NCBI GenBank assembly: GCA_041653995.1
Contig: JBAZEK010000001.1
Span: 1,030,613 to 1,094,612 of the forward strand
DNA length: 64,000 nt
Direction: 5' to 3'
Source of the DNA: Dehalococcoidia bacterium
GTDB lineage: Bacteria; Chloroflexota; Dehalococcoidia; GIF9; UBA5629
A program made the translations under genes and the position numbers. Within the stretch, counting starts at the first letter, position 1. Each line of letters starts with the position of its first letter. This document shows, piece after piece, positions 39,442 to 46,632 of the stretch. The notes under the pieces are model-generated. The model searched no databases. It was not told the DNA's origin and was given only the letters and a program-made list of their open reading frames with translations.

Positions 39442-39951
39442 ATGGCGGAAAAAGAAATGCAACAGGAGGAGCATCCCCTAAATATGGGGAAGCTACTTGT
39501 GAATTTCCAATCACTTGAGATAGCTCTCCGTCTATTTCTTTATAATGATGAAATTGCCTCTAGAGTTTCATCTCCTCAGGCGGTAAACCTAAATGCTATG
39601 AATGCGGGGGATATAGTAGCTGAAAATGCGTTCACAAACTATGATAGTCTAAGTCAACTCATTGATAAATATAATAACCATCCCAACATCATATCGACAG
39701 GTCTAACCATTGATAAGACTTTAGTGGACATACGTGATGCAATAGCTCATGGAAGAGTCGCTGGAGTCACTCCTTTGCTTGTGCCTCCTTTAAAACTAAT
39801 GAAGTTTGATAAACCAAAGAACAAAAGTGTGAAAGTAACATTTAGCGTTTTATTGACAAGGGAATGGTTCATTCTAGAGATGGCTAAGGTTCAAGATGCA
39901 GTTTTTAAAGTCTTTCAAGCTATCCAAATAATACAGAGTGCTAAGACATAA
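39442..39951 (+). CDS. hypothetical protein with RxxxxH (HEPN-like) motif
   Basis: 169 aa, predicted helical. 'VDIRDAIAHGRV' matches the Rx4-6H HEPN signature. Motif-level evidence only. Confidence 0.45.
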   Translation: MAEKEMQQEEHPLNMGKLLVNFQSLEIALRLFLYNDEIASRVSSPQAVNLNAMNAGDIVAENAFTNYDSLSQLIDKYNNHPNIISTGLTIDKTLVDIRDAIAHGRVAGVTPLLVPPLKLMKFDKPKNKSVKVTFSVLLTREWFILEMAKVQDAVFKVFQAIQIIQSAKT

Positions 39952-40412
39952 GTGGTGCCCTCTGAAATCGCTCTGAGGGGCTGAAATCAGGGTGTTGCAT
40001 ATTGAACATGACGGATTCCACCTGTCATTACTATTCCAGCTTAATTAGAGCCTTTAAAGTATTAAACAGTAAAGGTAATAACTCTACTTCCTTTCCCTTA
40101 AGCCCCTTTATTATTTCTTCGCCTAAGTTTCCGTTCAAGTGAATTATGTCGCTTTTAAGACCAACAAACGCTGGTACACCATAAACACGTTTACGTTCAA
40201 GCCAATTATGTCGTTTTGCATATATTATTTCCAGCTTAAATTAACTACAGAAAAATGGGGCAAAAAGAGAAAAAGGGGAATTATATATCAATTTATTGTC
40301 AATAATCTTTGAAATACTATTACTTCATCTGAGAGAGATGCCAGCAGCTAAGTGTAACGGCATTGAATTTTAAATAACTTCTCAGCCCAAAGTGGTAACG
40401 CATATAGGTCTA

Positions 40413-40441
40413 TTGCATAAGTATTGTTCATATAATAGAAT
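40413..40441 (+). promoter_or_regulatory. promoter TTGCAT-17 nt-TAGAAT (copy B)
   Basis: Same hexamers and spacing as 34504-34532. Followed by an identical 5' UTR and signal-peptide coding sequence. Confidence 0.5.
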
Positions 40442-40467
40442 ACGGTCAATGTAGTGAGGCTGGGGAG

Positions 40468-41880
40468 ATGAAATATTTACTTGCTTGTTTCATAGCACTA
40501 TTCGTTATATCAGCCTGCACACCAAATAACTCAATAAACAACGTTGAGACATTCCCAAAAATCGGAGATAAGATACCGAATATCTCATGGACTACTATCA
40601 ATGGCGAAAAGATTGATTTAAATCAGTTTAAAGGCAGTTGGGTGCTACTATGCTATTGGTGCTCTTGCCCTGTACATAGGAATGACATACTGACTATTCA
40701 TAATGTTTATGATTCATTATATGATAAGAATCTCGATGTCATTGTAATTAATGATACTTATGCTCAGATAGAATTAGAGGCATTTGGAAAACAAAACAAT
40801 GTACCGTTTTATTTAATTGAAGATAATCAAAAAACAATTGATAAACTTGTACCATTTGGCAACAGGCCAATATATCTCTTAATTGATGGGAGTGGGGATT
40901 TACATGCTATCGAAATAGGTACATTTCGCTCTGGCGAAAATAGCGTTAACAATGTAATCAATTTCCTTGATGATGTGATTAAGGTAAGAATCGATAATAT
41001 TACAGTCACTAATATTACTTCAAATAGGGCAACTGTGAGATGGAAAACAGATAAGGCAGTACCGTGTTGGTTGGAAATTCACCCCCAAGGTGACCCAATC
41101 GGAAAGTGCATCGGCAAGACAAATCCAAATACATTTCATGAATTGATATTAAACTGTAATCCCAACACAGCTTACACTTTTAACGTAGCTGCTAGTGGAT
41201 TAGATAATTCTTTAATTAACGATGCAAGCAATCGTAGTAGTGAATTTTCATTTCAAACATTACCAAATTGGGTTACTTCTTTATATGAGGTTGACTCTAC
41301 TAAACCAAAAATATCGAATGTTAAAGTTTCTATAATTACAGATACGAGTGCAGAGTTATATTGGGAAACTGATGTGGAAGCTCAAGTCACCGCTACAATC
41401 TGTAAATATATATCCAGTACTGATGCGCCCTTAAACTCCCAGAAAATTGATTTTATAGAAGACATATATTTTACAAAGAAACATAGCTTTACAATTAGCT
41501 CTCTTGAGCCAAGACGATTATATGACGTTGGTTTAAATGCCAAAGATAGAATGGGAAGGGTTGCCGATTACAGTGTCGAATTTTTAACACAACCTTCAAA
41601 TTATACTCACGGAGCGAAGATATCCAATATATCTTTATATGACATCACGGACAGGAGTGCTAAATTAAAATGGTCAACTGACAAGTCAGTATGGAGTTCA
41701 GCCTGCTATAAATATGAGTGCTCTTCTGGGGACATCAACACTGAGCATTCATATACACTATCCTATGGTCTGGAACCCGATACAGAATACTGGGTGCAAA
41801 TTCTAGCACATGGGGAATCGGTATCTGATGTATTCAACTTCAGAACATTAAAGACAACAGATAAGGTAGATATGAAATGA
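40468..41880 (+). CDS. lipoprotein: degenerate thioredoxin-like domain (WCSCP) plus three Fn3-like domains
   Basis: Identical signal 'MKYLLACFIALFVISAC'. 'IGDKIPNISWTTINGEKIDLNQFKGSWVLLCYWCSCP'. Fn3-like starts 'ITSNRATVRWKTDK', 'ITDTSAELYWETDV', 'ITDRSAKLKWSTDK'. Confidence 0.7.
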   Translation: MKYLLACFIALFVISACTPNNSINNVETFPKIGDKIPNISWTTINGEKIDLNQFKGSWVLLCYWCSCPVHRNDILTIHNVYDSLYDKNLDVIVINDTYAQIELEAFGKQNNVPFYLIEDNQKTIDKLVPFGNRPIYLLIDGSGDLHAIEIGTFRSGENSVNNVINFLDDVIKVRIDNITVTNITSNRATVRWKTDKAVPCWLEIHPQGDPIGKCIGKTNPNTFHELILNCNPNTAYTFNVAASGLDNSLINDASNRSSEFSFQTLPNWVTSLYEVDSTKPKISNVKVSIITDTSAELYWETDVEAQVTATICKYISSTDAPLNSQKIDFIEDIYFTKKHSFTISSLEPRRLYDVGLNAKDRMGRVADYSVEFLTQPSNYTHGAKISNISLYDITDRSAKLKWSTDKSVWSSACYKYECSSGDINTEHSYTLSYGLEPDTEYWVQILAHGESVSDVFNFRTLKTTDKVDMK

Positions 41881-41907
41881 AAGAAAATCAAAAGGGAGGT
41901 AAAGAAG

Positions 41908-42084
41908 ATGGTAGCAAATAAGAAGAAGTATTATGCAGGGGAATCAGCTAAAGTCTCTGGCAAATACAACGAATGCAGATTGGGCACAGGCAAAACAGGA
42001 GTAACAGCAAATGTCAAGAAGGGGGATACACTCCCACCACATAAAATAGGAGCTCATTGGGAGTTATCAAGAAAATCTAAATAA
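41908..42084 (+). CDS. small YjzC-like protein (58 aa)
   Basis: Not in the track (<60 aa). AAGGGAGG lies 8 nt upstream. 'GESAKVSGKYNE...VKKGDTLPPHKIGAHWEL' resembles the YjzC family pattern (from memory). Confidence 0.5.
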   Translation: MVANKKKYYAGESAKVSGKYNECRLGTGKTGVTANVKKGDTLPPHKIGAHWELSRKSK

Positions 42085-42316
42085 TATAGACATATTTAAG
42101 AAAGTGGTGACTTATAAAACTTCATGCTGTCCTGAAAGCTGAATGACCGAGTATATCTTTGCACCATAATAAAGTTCAGCCAAGGCACCGTTAAAATGTA
42201 CTACAGAATTGTTCTAAAGGGCCAAAATGGGGTATATAATATAGGGCATGACAGATTCTTCCTGCCTGAGCTTTTCAAGCTTAATTATTGAACAAATAAC
42301 TATGAAATCCTGATTG

Positions 42317-43081
42317 CTAACGAGGTAACTGATTTGAGCCGTTCACATCTTTGTAGACTTGAAGAGCATCCTCAAAGGATAAAGATTTTGAATACCTTTC
42401 AACCATAGAAATGCTTTCCCAACCGCCTAGATTTTGCACAATACGAGTGGATAACCCAGACTTAATATTGTGAATACAAAACCCTCTTCTATAGCTATGG
42501 GCGTTGGACTTAATGCCAGTTTCTTTAGACAATCGTTTAAGCATAGTTTTAATGCCAGCTCTTGATATTTCAAAACTATCATGCTCATCAAACCACTTTC
42601 CGATAACACCATTACCAGCTAAAGCCTTACGATACTTGTTACCCTTGCCCAGAATGGTTACTGTACCTTCACCCCAGTCAAAGTCTTTAGCGTGCACATT
42701 AGCACATTCACTCAGCCTTACTCCTGAGTACCATAAGAAACTAATTAATGCTCTATCACGTTCACAATGACAATGATTTATCAGAACTTCTAATTGTTCT
42801 TTTGATACCGCAGGCAATAGCTTCTTTTGAATTTTTGGGCTAGGAACTTTGTCAATAACCTTGTCGTGAATATAGCTATTGCTGTATAGCCATGAAATGA
42901 GAGTTTTGAGAGCTTGATAGAATCTTGCTTTGCCATTATGACAGGTAAGTGATTTTAGATAAGCATTAACTCCATCTGGACTTAGGGGATAACCAATAAA
43001 ATGAGTTAAAGTATATTCGTAAAATTCAATAGTTCGCTTACTACAACCATCGGGGCGAGAAGAAATAAACTTCTCCAACAA
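42317..43081 (-). CDS. tyrosine recombinase, C-terminal part of split integrase (Int-C)
   Basis: Catalytic residues in 'GVRLSE' (R), 'HSYRRGF' (HxxR) and 'MVERY' (Y). No ATG or SD (track start is TTG) and first Met codon is at residue 180. The frame stays open upstream through attR. Confidence 0.85.
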   Translation of the reverse strand: MLEKFISSRPDGCSKRTIEFYEYTLTHFIGYPLSPDGVNAYLKSLTCHNGKARFYQALKTLISWLYSNSYIHDKVIDKVPSPKIQKKLLPAVSKEQLEVLINHCHCERDRALISFLWYSGVRLSECANVHAKDFDWGEGTVTILGKGNKYRKALAGNGVIGKWFDEHDSFEISRAGIKTMLKRLSKETGIKSNAHSYRRGFCIHNIKSGLSTRIVQNLGGWESISMVERYSKSLSFEDALQVYKDVNGSNQLPR

Positions 43082-43143
43082 TTCTTTTGTGAACTTTTTG
43101 TAGCTAACTTGTGAATATTGTGAAATTGAGCTGTAGTTTTCTT

Positions 43144-43219
43144 TGGTGGGCGATACTGGATTTGAACCAGTGACCCCCTGTGTGTAAGACAGGTGCTCTA
43201 ACCGCTGAGCTAATCGCCC
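43144..43219 (-). tRNA. tRNA-Val (anticodon UAC), CCA encoded; integration target
   Basis: GGGCGATTAGCTCAGCGGTTAGAGCACCTGTCTTACACACAGGGGGTCACTGGTTCAAATCCAGTATCGCCCACCA. Anticodon loop CTTACAC. The 3' 51 nt form attR. Confidence 0.9.
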
Positions 43220-43226
43220 TGGGGAG

Positions 43227-43302
43227 TGGCACGCCTGGTGGGGCTTGAACCCACGGCCTCAGCCTCCGCAGGGCTGCGCTCTATCCACTGAGCTACAGGC
43301 GC
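43227..43302 (-). tRNA. tRNA-Arg (anticodon GCG), CCA encoded
   Basis: GCGCCTGTAGCTCAGTGGATAGAGCGCAGCCCTGCGGAGGCTGAGGCCGTGGGTTCAAGCCCCACCAGGCGTGCCA. Anticodon loop CTGCGGA. G1:U72 pair. Confidence 0.75.
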
Positions 43303-43308
43303 ATAAAA

Positions 43309-43397
43309 TGGTGCCGAAGGTGGGAGTTGAACCCACACATCCGTTACGGATACTACGCCCTGAACGTAGCGCGTCTGCCATTCCGCCACTTCGGCCC
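43309..43397 (-). tRNA. tRNA-Leu (anticodon CAG), long variable arm, CCA encoded
   Basis: GGGCCGAAGTGGCGGAATGGCAGACGCGCTACGTTCAGGGCGTAGTATCCGTAACGGATGTGTGGGTTCAACTCCCACCTTCGGCACCA. Confidence 0.9.
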
Positions 43398-43470
43398 TGG
43401 GCAGCACAGGATTTGAACCTGTGACCCCTTGCGTGTGAAGCAAGTGCTCTAACCGCTGAGCTAGCCGCCC
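43398..43470 (-). tRNA. tRNA-Val (anticodon CAC), CCA not encoded
   Basis: GGGCGGCTAGCTCAGCGGTTAGAGCACTTGCTTCACACGCAAGGGGTCACAGGTTCAAATCCTGTGCTGCCCA. Its discriminator base directly abuts the 5' end of tRNA-Leu. Confidence 0.9.
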
Positions 43471-43605
43471 TCTAACGCTATATTTTATTCTTTAACAAGG
43501 TTTAAAAGCAAGGCGAACCGCCCCGTACAATCATAGTTCATCAGGATTTATAAGCCCGCGCTGTGGACATCCCTCTACTCCAATGCATATAATTCAACTA
43601 CACCC

Positions 43606-44448
43606 ATGTTATCTTTTAAGCCGCTTGAAGCCGGCCCATCATCGCTGCTGAGTGTCCTCATCCTGCTTGCCGTGCTGGCTGTGGCCTGTGCATCACCCCT
43701 GCCGTCGCAACCGACGCCGGGCGACGATAATTCTCAACCCACGGCTGAGCCGGCGCAGATACCGGCTGCTCCTCCACCGGAACCGGCTGAATCCGAGAAC
43801 GTCTCCACAACAGTTGCCACTCCGGGATCGCCCGTCCGGATAAAGCTTATCCACTACAGGGGCACGCTCAGCAGGATCGGTTGCTGCAATCCGGGACTTT
43901 ACGAGAGAGATGAATTCGTTGTCATCCAGAATGTCGGAGATACGTATGTCGATATCGTCGACTGGCGTCTGACCAATATTACCAGGGGCTATCCCACTTT
44001 CATATTCCCGTCGCACTTCCCCTGCGTCCCCTACGAGCTGCCGCCGCCGGACCCGACCGAGGAAATAATATCGACCGAAAGCTATTACTCCTTGACCAAG
44101 AACCCGGCGCAGTCCGAGATCTACAGGTTCACGACAAATCCCCAGCAGTCCAAACCGACCAATGTGCCCAACAGTGAAATAGACTGGGCTTCATGCACGC
44201 CGGTGGAACCGCTGGACGAGACGCCCATGCAGCCGATAGCGGGCGAACAGGGAGTGCCGCCGCAGTGCATCCTCTACCCCGGTCAAACGATACTGGTATT
44301 CACAGATGAAATTCACTGCCAGACCGGAGGCTTCTCCTTCAACTGGGGACTGGGCAATATCTGGAACAACGTGACCGCCGATACGGCCGCGCTGTATAAC
44401 GCCCGCGGCGAAGAGGTATCGCGCAGGAGCTACCTTGTCGGCAGATAG
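43606..44448 (+). CDS. secreted protein, possibly lamin-tail-domain (LTD)-like
   Basis: Signal/lipobox 'LAVACASP'. 'DEFVVIQNVGDTYVDIVDWRLTN' and 'AALYNARGEEVSRRSY' resemble LTD strands. Weak, from memory. Confidence 0.35.
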   Translation: MLSFKPLEAGPSSLLSVLILLAVLAVACASPLPSQPTPGDDNSQPTAEPAQIPAAPPPEPAESENVSTTVATPGSPVRIKLIHYRGTLSRIGCCNPGLYERDEFVVIQNVGDTYVDIVDWRLTNITRGYPTFIFPSHFPCVPYELPPPDPTEEIISTESYYSLTKNPAQSEIYRFTTNPQQSKPTNVPNSEIDWASCTPVEPLDETPMQPIAGEQGVPPQCILYPGQTILVFTDEIHCQTGGFSFNWGLGNIWNNVTADTAALYNARGEEVSRRSYLVGR

Positions 44449-44586
44449 CGGCATGTTTTTCTCCCCGAATTATTAAGTTTATTGATTTATTTAATACCTG
44501 TGTATATAATCAAGAAAATGGTTAAACATAGTCCGCCGGAAATACGTTTTCTCTATGGATAGTTATGGATGTGATGGAGAGATGAA

Positions 44587-45612
44587 ATGCAGCAATGGAT
44601 AAGATGCACCAGATGCGGCGCCAATAATGCTCCCGGACAGAAATTCTGTAACGCATGCGGTACACCCCTGCCGACCGTCTGCCCCAATTGCGGAACCCCG
44701 GCAGGTCCCGGCAGCACTTTCTGCGCCAGGTGCGGCATGACATTCAGCGGTATGCCCCAGCAGACCGGATATTACCCTCCGCAGCAGCCGGGATATCCTC
44801 AGCAACCTGGCTATCCGCAGCAACCGGCATATCCGCAACAGCCGGGCTATCCTCAGCAACCGGGCTATCCTCAGCAACCGGGCTATCCGCAACAGCCGGG
44901 ATACCCGCAACAGCCTGGATATCCGCAGCAGCCCCCCGGCTACCCGCCTCAACAGACCGGCTATTATCCTCCGCAGCAGCCGGGTTATCCTCCACAGCCG
45001 GGATATCCGCAGCAACCGCCCGGTTATCCGCCGCAGCCGGGATATCCGCAACAGCCCGGCTATCCCCAGCAACCGGGATATCCGCCGGGCTATCCTCCGC
45101 AGCAGCCGCCACGCGGAGCGTATCCGCCGGGCGCAAGGCCACCCCAGCAAGGCGGCGGCAAAGGCATGCTCATATTGCTGCTGGTTGTTCTGATTGCCGG
45201 CCTGGCAGGCTTCGGTTACTGGGCTTACAGCCAGGGCTACCTCAAGGGCATACTTAACTTCGGCAGCGATAACACCACCACCTCCACAGGGAAACAGAAG
45301 GACACTGTGCCGCCCACCATCAGCGGCGTAGAAGTTAGCGCCAAGGCCATAAACGAAGTCGGCATTATCTGGAAGACGGACAAGCCATCCAGTTCTCAGG
45401 TGGAATGGGGTCCCAAGGGATCGTTCGGCAACAAGACGACACTACAGGATGACCCCGTGAGCGGTACCAGCATCGGTGTCACCGATCACGGGGTTATCGT
45501 CAAGGGATTAACGGCAAATACTGAATACCAGTACCGTGTGTTATCACATACCGACGGCAACGTTGACGCCGTATCCGCCACCAATACTTTCACGACACCT
45601 TCGGCAGATTAA
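44587..45612 (+). CDS. double zinc-ribbon / PGYPQQ-repeat / TM / Fn3-like domain protein
   Basis: '[19 protein letters not shown]...[19 protein letters not shown]', 132-aa Pro/Gln/Tyr repeat, TM '[21 protein letters not shown]', and C-terminal '[16 protein letters not shown]...TEYQYRV'. Confidence 0.8.
   Translation: MQQWIRCTRCGANNAPGQKFCNACGTPLPTVCPNCGTPAGPGSTFCARCGMTFSGMPQQTGYYPPQQPGYPQQPGYPQQPAYPQQPGYPQQPGYPQQPGYPQQPGYPQQPGYPQQPPGYPPQQTGYYPPQQPGYPPQPGYPQQPPGYPPQPGYPQQPGYPQQPGYPPGYPPQQPPRGAYPPGARPPQQGGGKGMLILLLVVLIAGLAGFGYWAYSQGYLKGILNFGSDNTTTSTGKQKDTVPPTISGVEVSAKAINEVGIIWKTDKPSSSQVEWGPKGSFGNKTTLQDDPVSGTSIGVTDHGVIVKGLTANTEYQYRVLSHTDGNVDAVSATNTFTTPSAD
44755..45150. repeat. 18-nt tandem repeat (P-G-Y-P-Q-Q) coding region
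   Basis: About 20 degenerate copies of 'ccgggctatcctcagcaa'. This generates the long spurious ORFs in other frames and on the other strand. Confidence 0.9.
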
Positions 45613-45644
45613 CCCTCCTTTTCGCTGCGTTTACAGATTTTCTA

Positions 45645-46529
45645 ATGTATCAATCAACAGTACCCTGCCCTAAATGCGGCGCGCAGAACCTGCGGGGACA
45701 GTGGGTATGCGCGTACTGCGGAAATACGCTTGTCGTTTATTGTCCATCCTGCCATACCGGCAACGCCATCGACAGCCAGTATTGCCACGCCTGCCATGCA
45801 GTTCTCGCGTATACCGGCGTTCCGCCGGCTCAACCACAGTATCAACCCCAACCCCAGCAGCCTCAACCATATCCGCAGTACCCGCAATATCCTCCCGGGC
45901 AAACTGACCAGGGCCAGTACCCTCCGCAGTATCCACCCTACCCTCCACCCGGTTATCCACCACAGCAACCACCCTACCCGGACTACCAGGCCGGATACGG
46001 CCAGCCCGGCGATTATAAACCATACTCGGTTCACGGCGGCGAAGCCTACGCCGGAGGCGGGCTGGACGGCCTGATCGACAGGCTCAAAGAGTTCGTGCGC
46101 AATACCAATCCCATTCTCCTCTCTTCGCTGGTGGTGCTGGTAGTCGGTCTGACCATCTTCCTCATCCTGGCCTTCCAGTTCGGCTGGATCAAGACGGGTT
46201 CGGCGCCCAAAGTAGAAACAGTTAAAGATACCACAGCTCCTGTGATAACTTATTTAACTTATGAGCCCGGTGAAAATAGAAGCATTATAATAATTTGGGC
46301 AACCAATGAGCCAGCAAGTACGCGGGTCGAGTGGGGTATCGCACCTGTTTTCAACCAATTCACACTTATAGAAAACGATCCCCAAGTTGGCCAAGGTACA
46401 CTTTCACATAGGGTAACATTGACTAACCTGCTACCAAACACCAGCTATATTTACCGCGCAATATCATATGACAAAGCAGGGAACAAATGCATGAGTCCTA
46501 CTATGCCATTCCAAACTACGAACTACTAG
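45645..46529 (+). CDS. double zinc-ribbon / PQ-rich / TM / Fn3-like domain protein (paralogous architecture)
   Basis: 'CPKCGAQNLRGQWVCAYCG...CPSCHTGNAIDSQYCHACH', PQY-rich linker, TM 'ILLSSLVVLVVGLTIFLILAF', and 'IIIWATNEPASTRVEWG...TSYIYRA'. Confidence 0.8.
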   Translation: MYQSTVPCPKCGAQNLRGQWVCAYCGNTLVVYCPSCHTGNAIDSQYCHACHAVLAYTGVPPAQPQYQPQPQQPQPYPQYPQYPPGQTDQGQYPPQYPPYPPPGYPPQQPPYPDYQAGYGQPGDYKPYSVHGGEAYAGGGLDGLIDRLKEFVRNTNPILLSSLVVLVVGLTIFLILAFQFGWIKTGSAPKVETVKDTTAPVITYLTYEPGENRSIIIIWATNEPASTRVEWGIAPVFNQFTLIENDPQVGQGTLSHRVTLTNLLPNTSYIYRAISYDKAGNKCMSPTMPFQTTNY

Positions 46530-46632
46530 TAGAAACGCACCCTGCCTCAAAGCCCGCGTAACATCCGACACCGATCATACATTGCTCCGGGCCCGCATTG
46601 GACATACAATATTAAGCATTTAAGGGATTATC

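Larger units (their letters stand above)
31092..43194. mobile_element. ~12-kb AT-rich integrative element in tRNA-Val(UAC), bounded by 51-bp direct repeats
   Basis: Perfect 51-nt repeat at both ends, one copy being the 3' part of an intact tRNA. Recombinase, xis-like, cro-like and Rep genes are present. Abrupt drop in GC. Confidence 0.9.

Noticed and set aside
31092-43194. Possibility that the island is a prophage or an ICE.
   Set aside because: I can recognise no terminase, portal, capsid, tail, relaxase or type IV secretion genes. Its size and its Rep/Cas4/int content fit an integrated rolling-circle plasmid-like element better. Cryptic structural genes among the hypotheticals cannot be excluded without searches.
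43210-43443. 77-aa ORF 'MLHTQGVTGSNPV...' on the minus strand.
   Set aside because: It is a translation straight through three tRNA genes. 'GVTGSNPV' is the T-arm, and the same peptide appears wherever the tRNA or att sequence is translated.
44563-45257. Long ORFs on the minus strand and in alternative plus frames (44563..45150, 44744..45142, 44655..45257), rich in Arg/Leu/Ile or Ala/Ser.
   Set aside because: They are artefacts of the 18-nt tandem repeat, which is open in several frames. Only the frame with the zinc ribbon, TM helix and Fn3-like domain has protein-like features and an SD.
34504-46529. Diversity-generating retroelement acting on the Fn3/Ig-like surface proteins.
   Set aside because: No reverse-transcriptase ORF is present, and no template/variable repeat pair with adenine-specific differences was seen near these genes.
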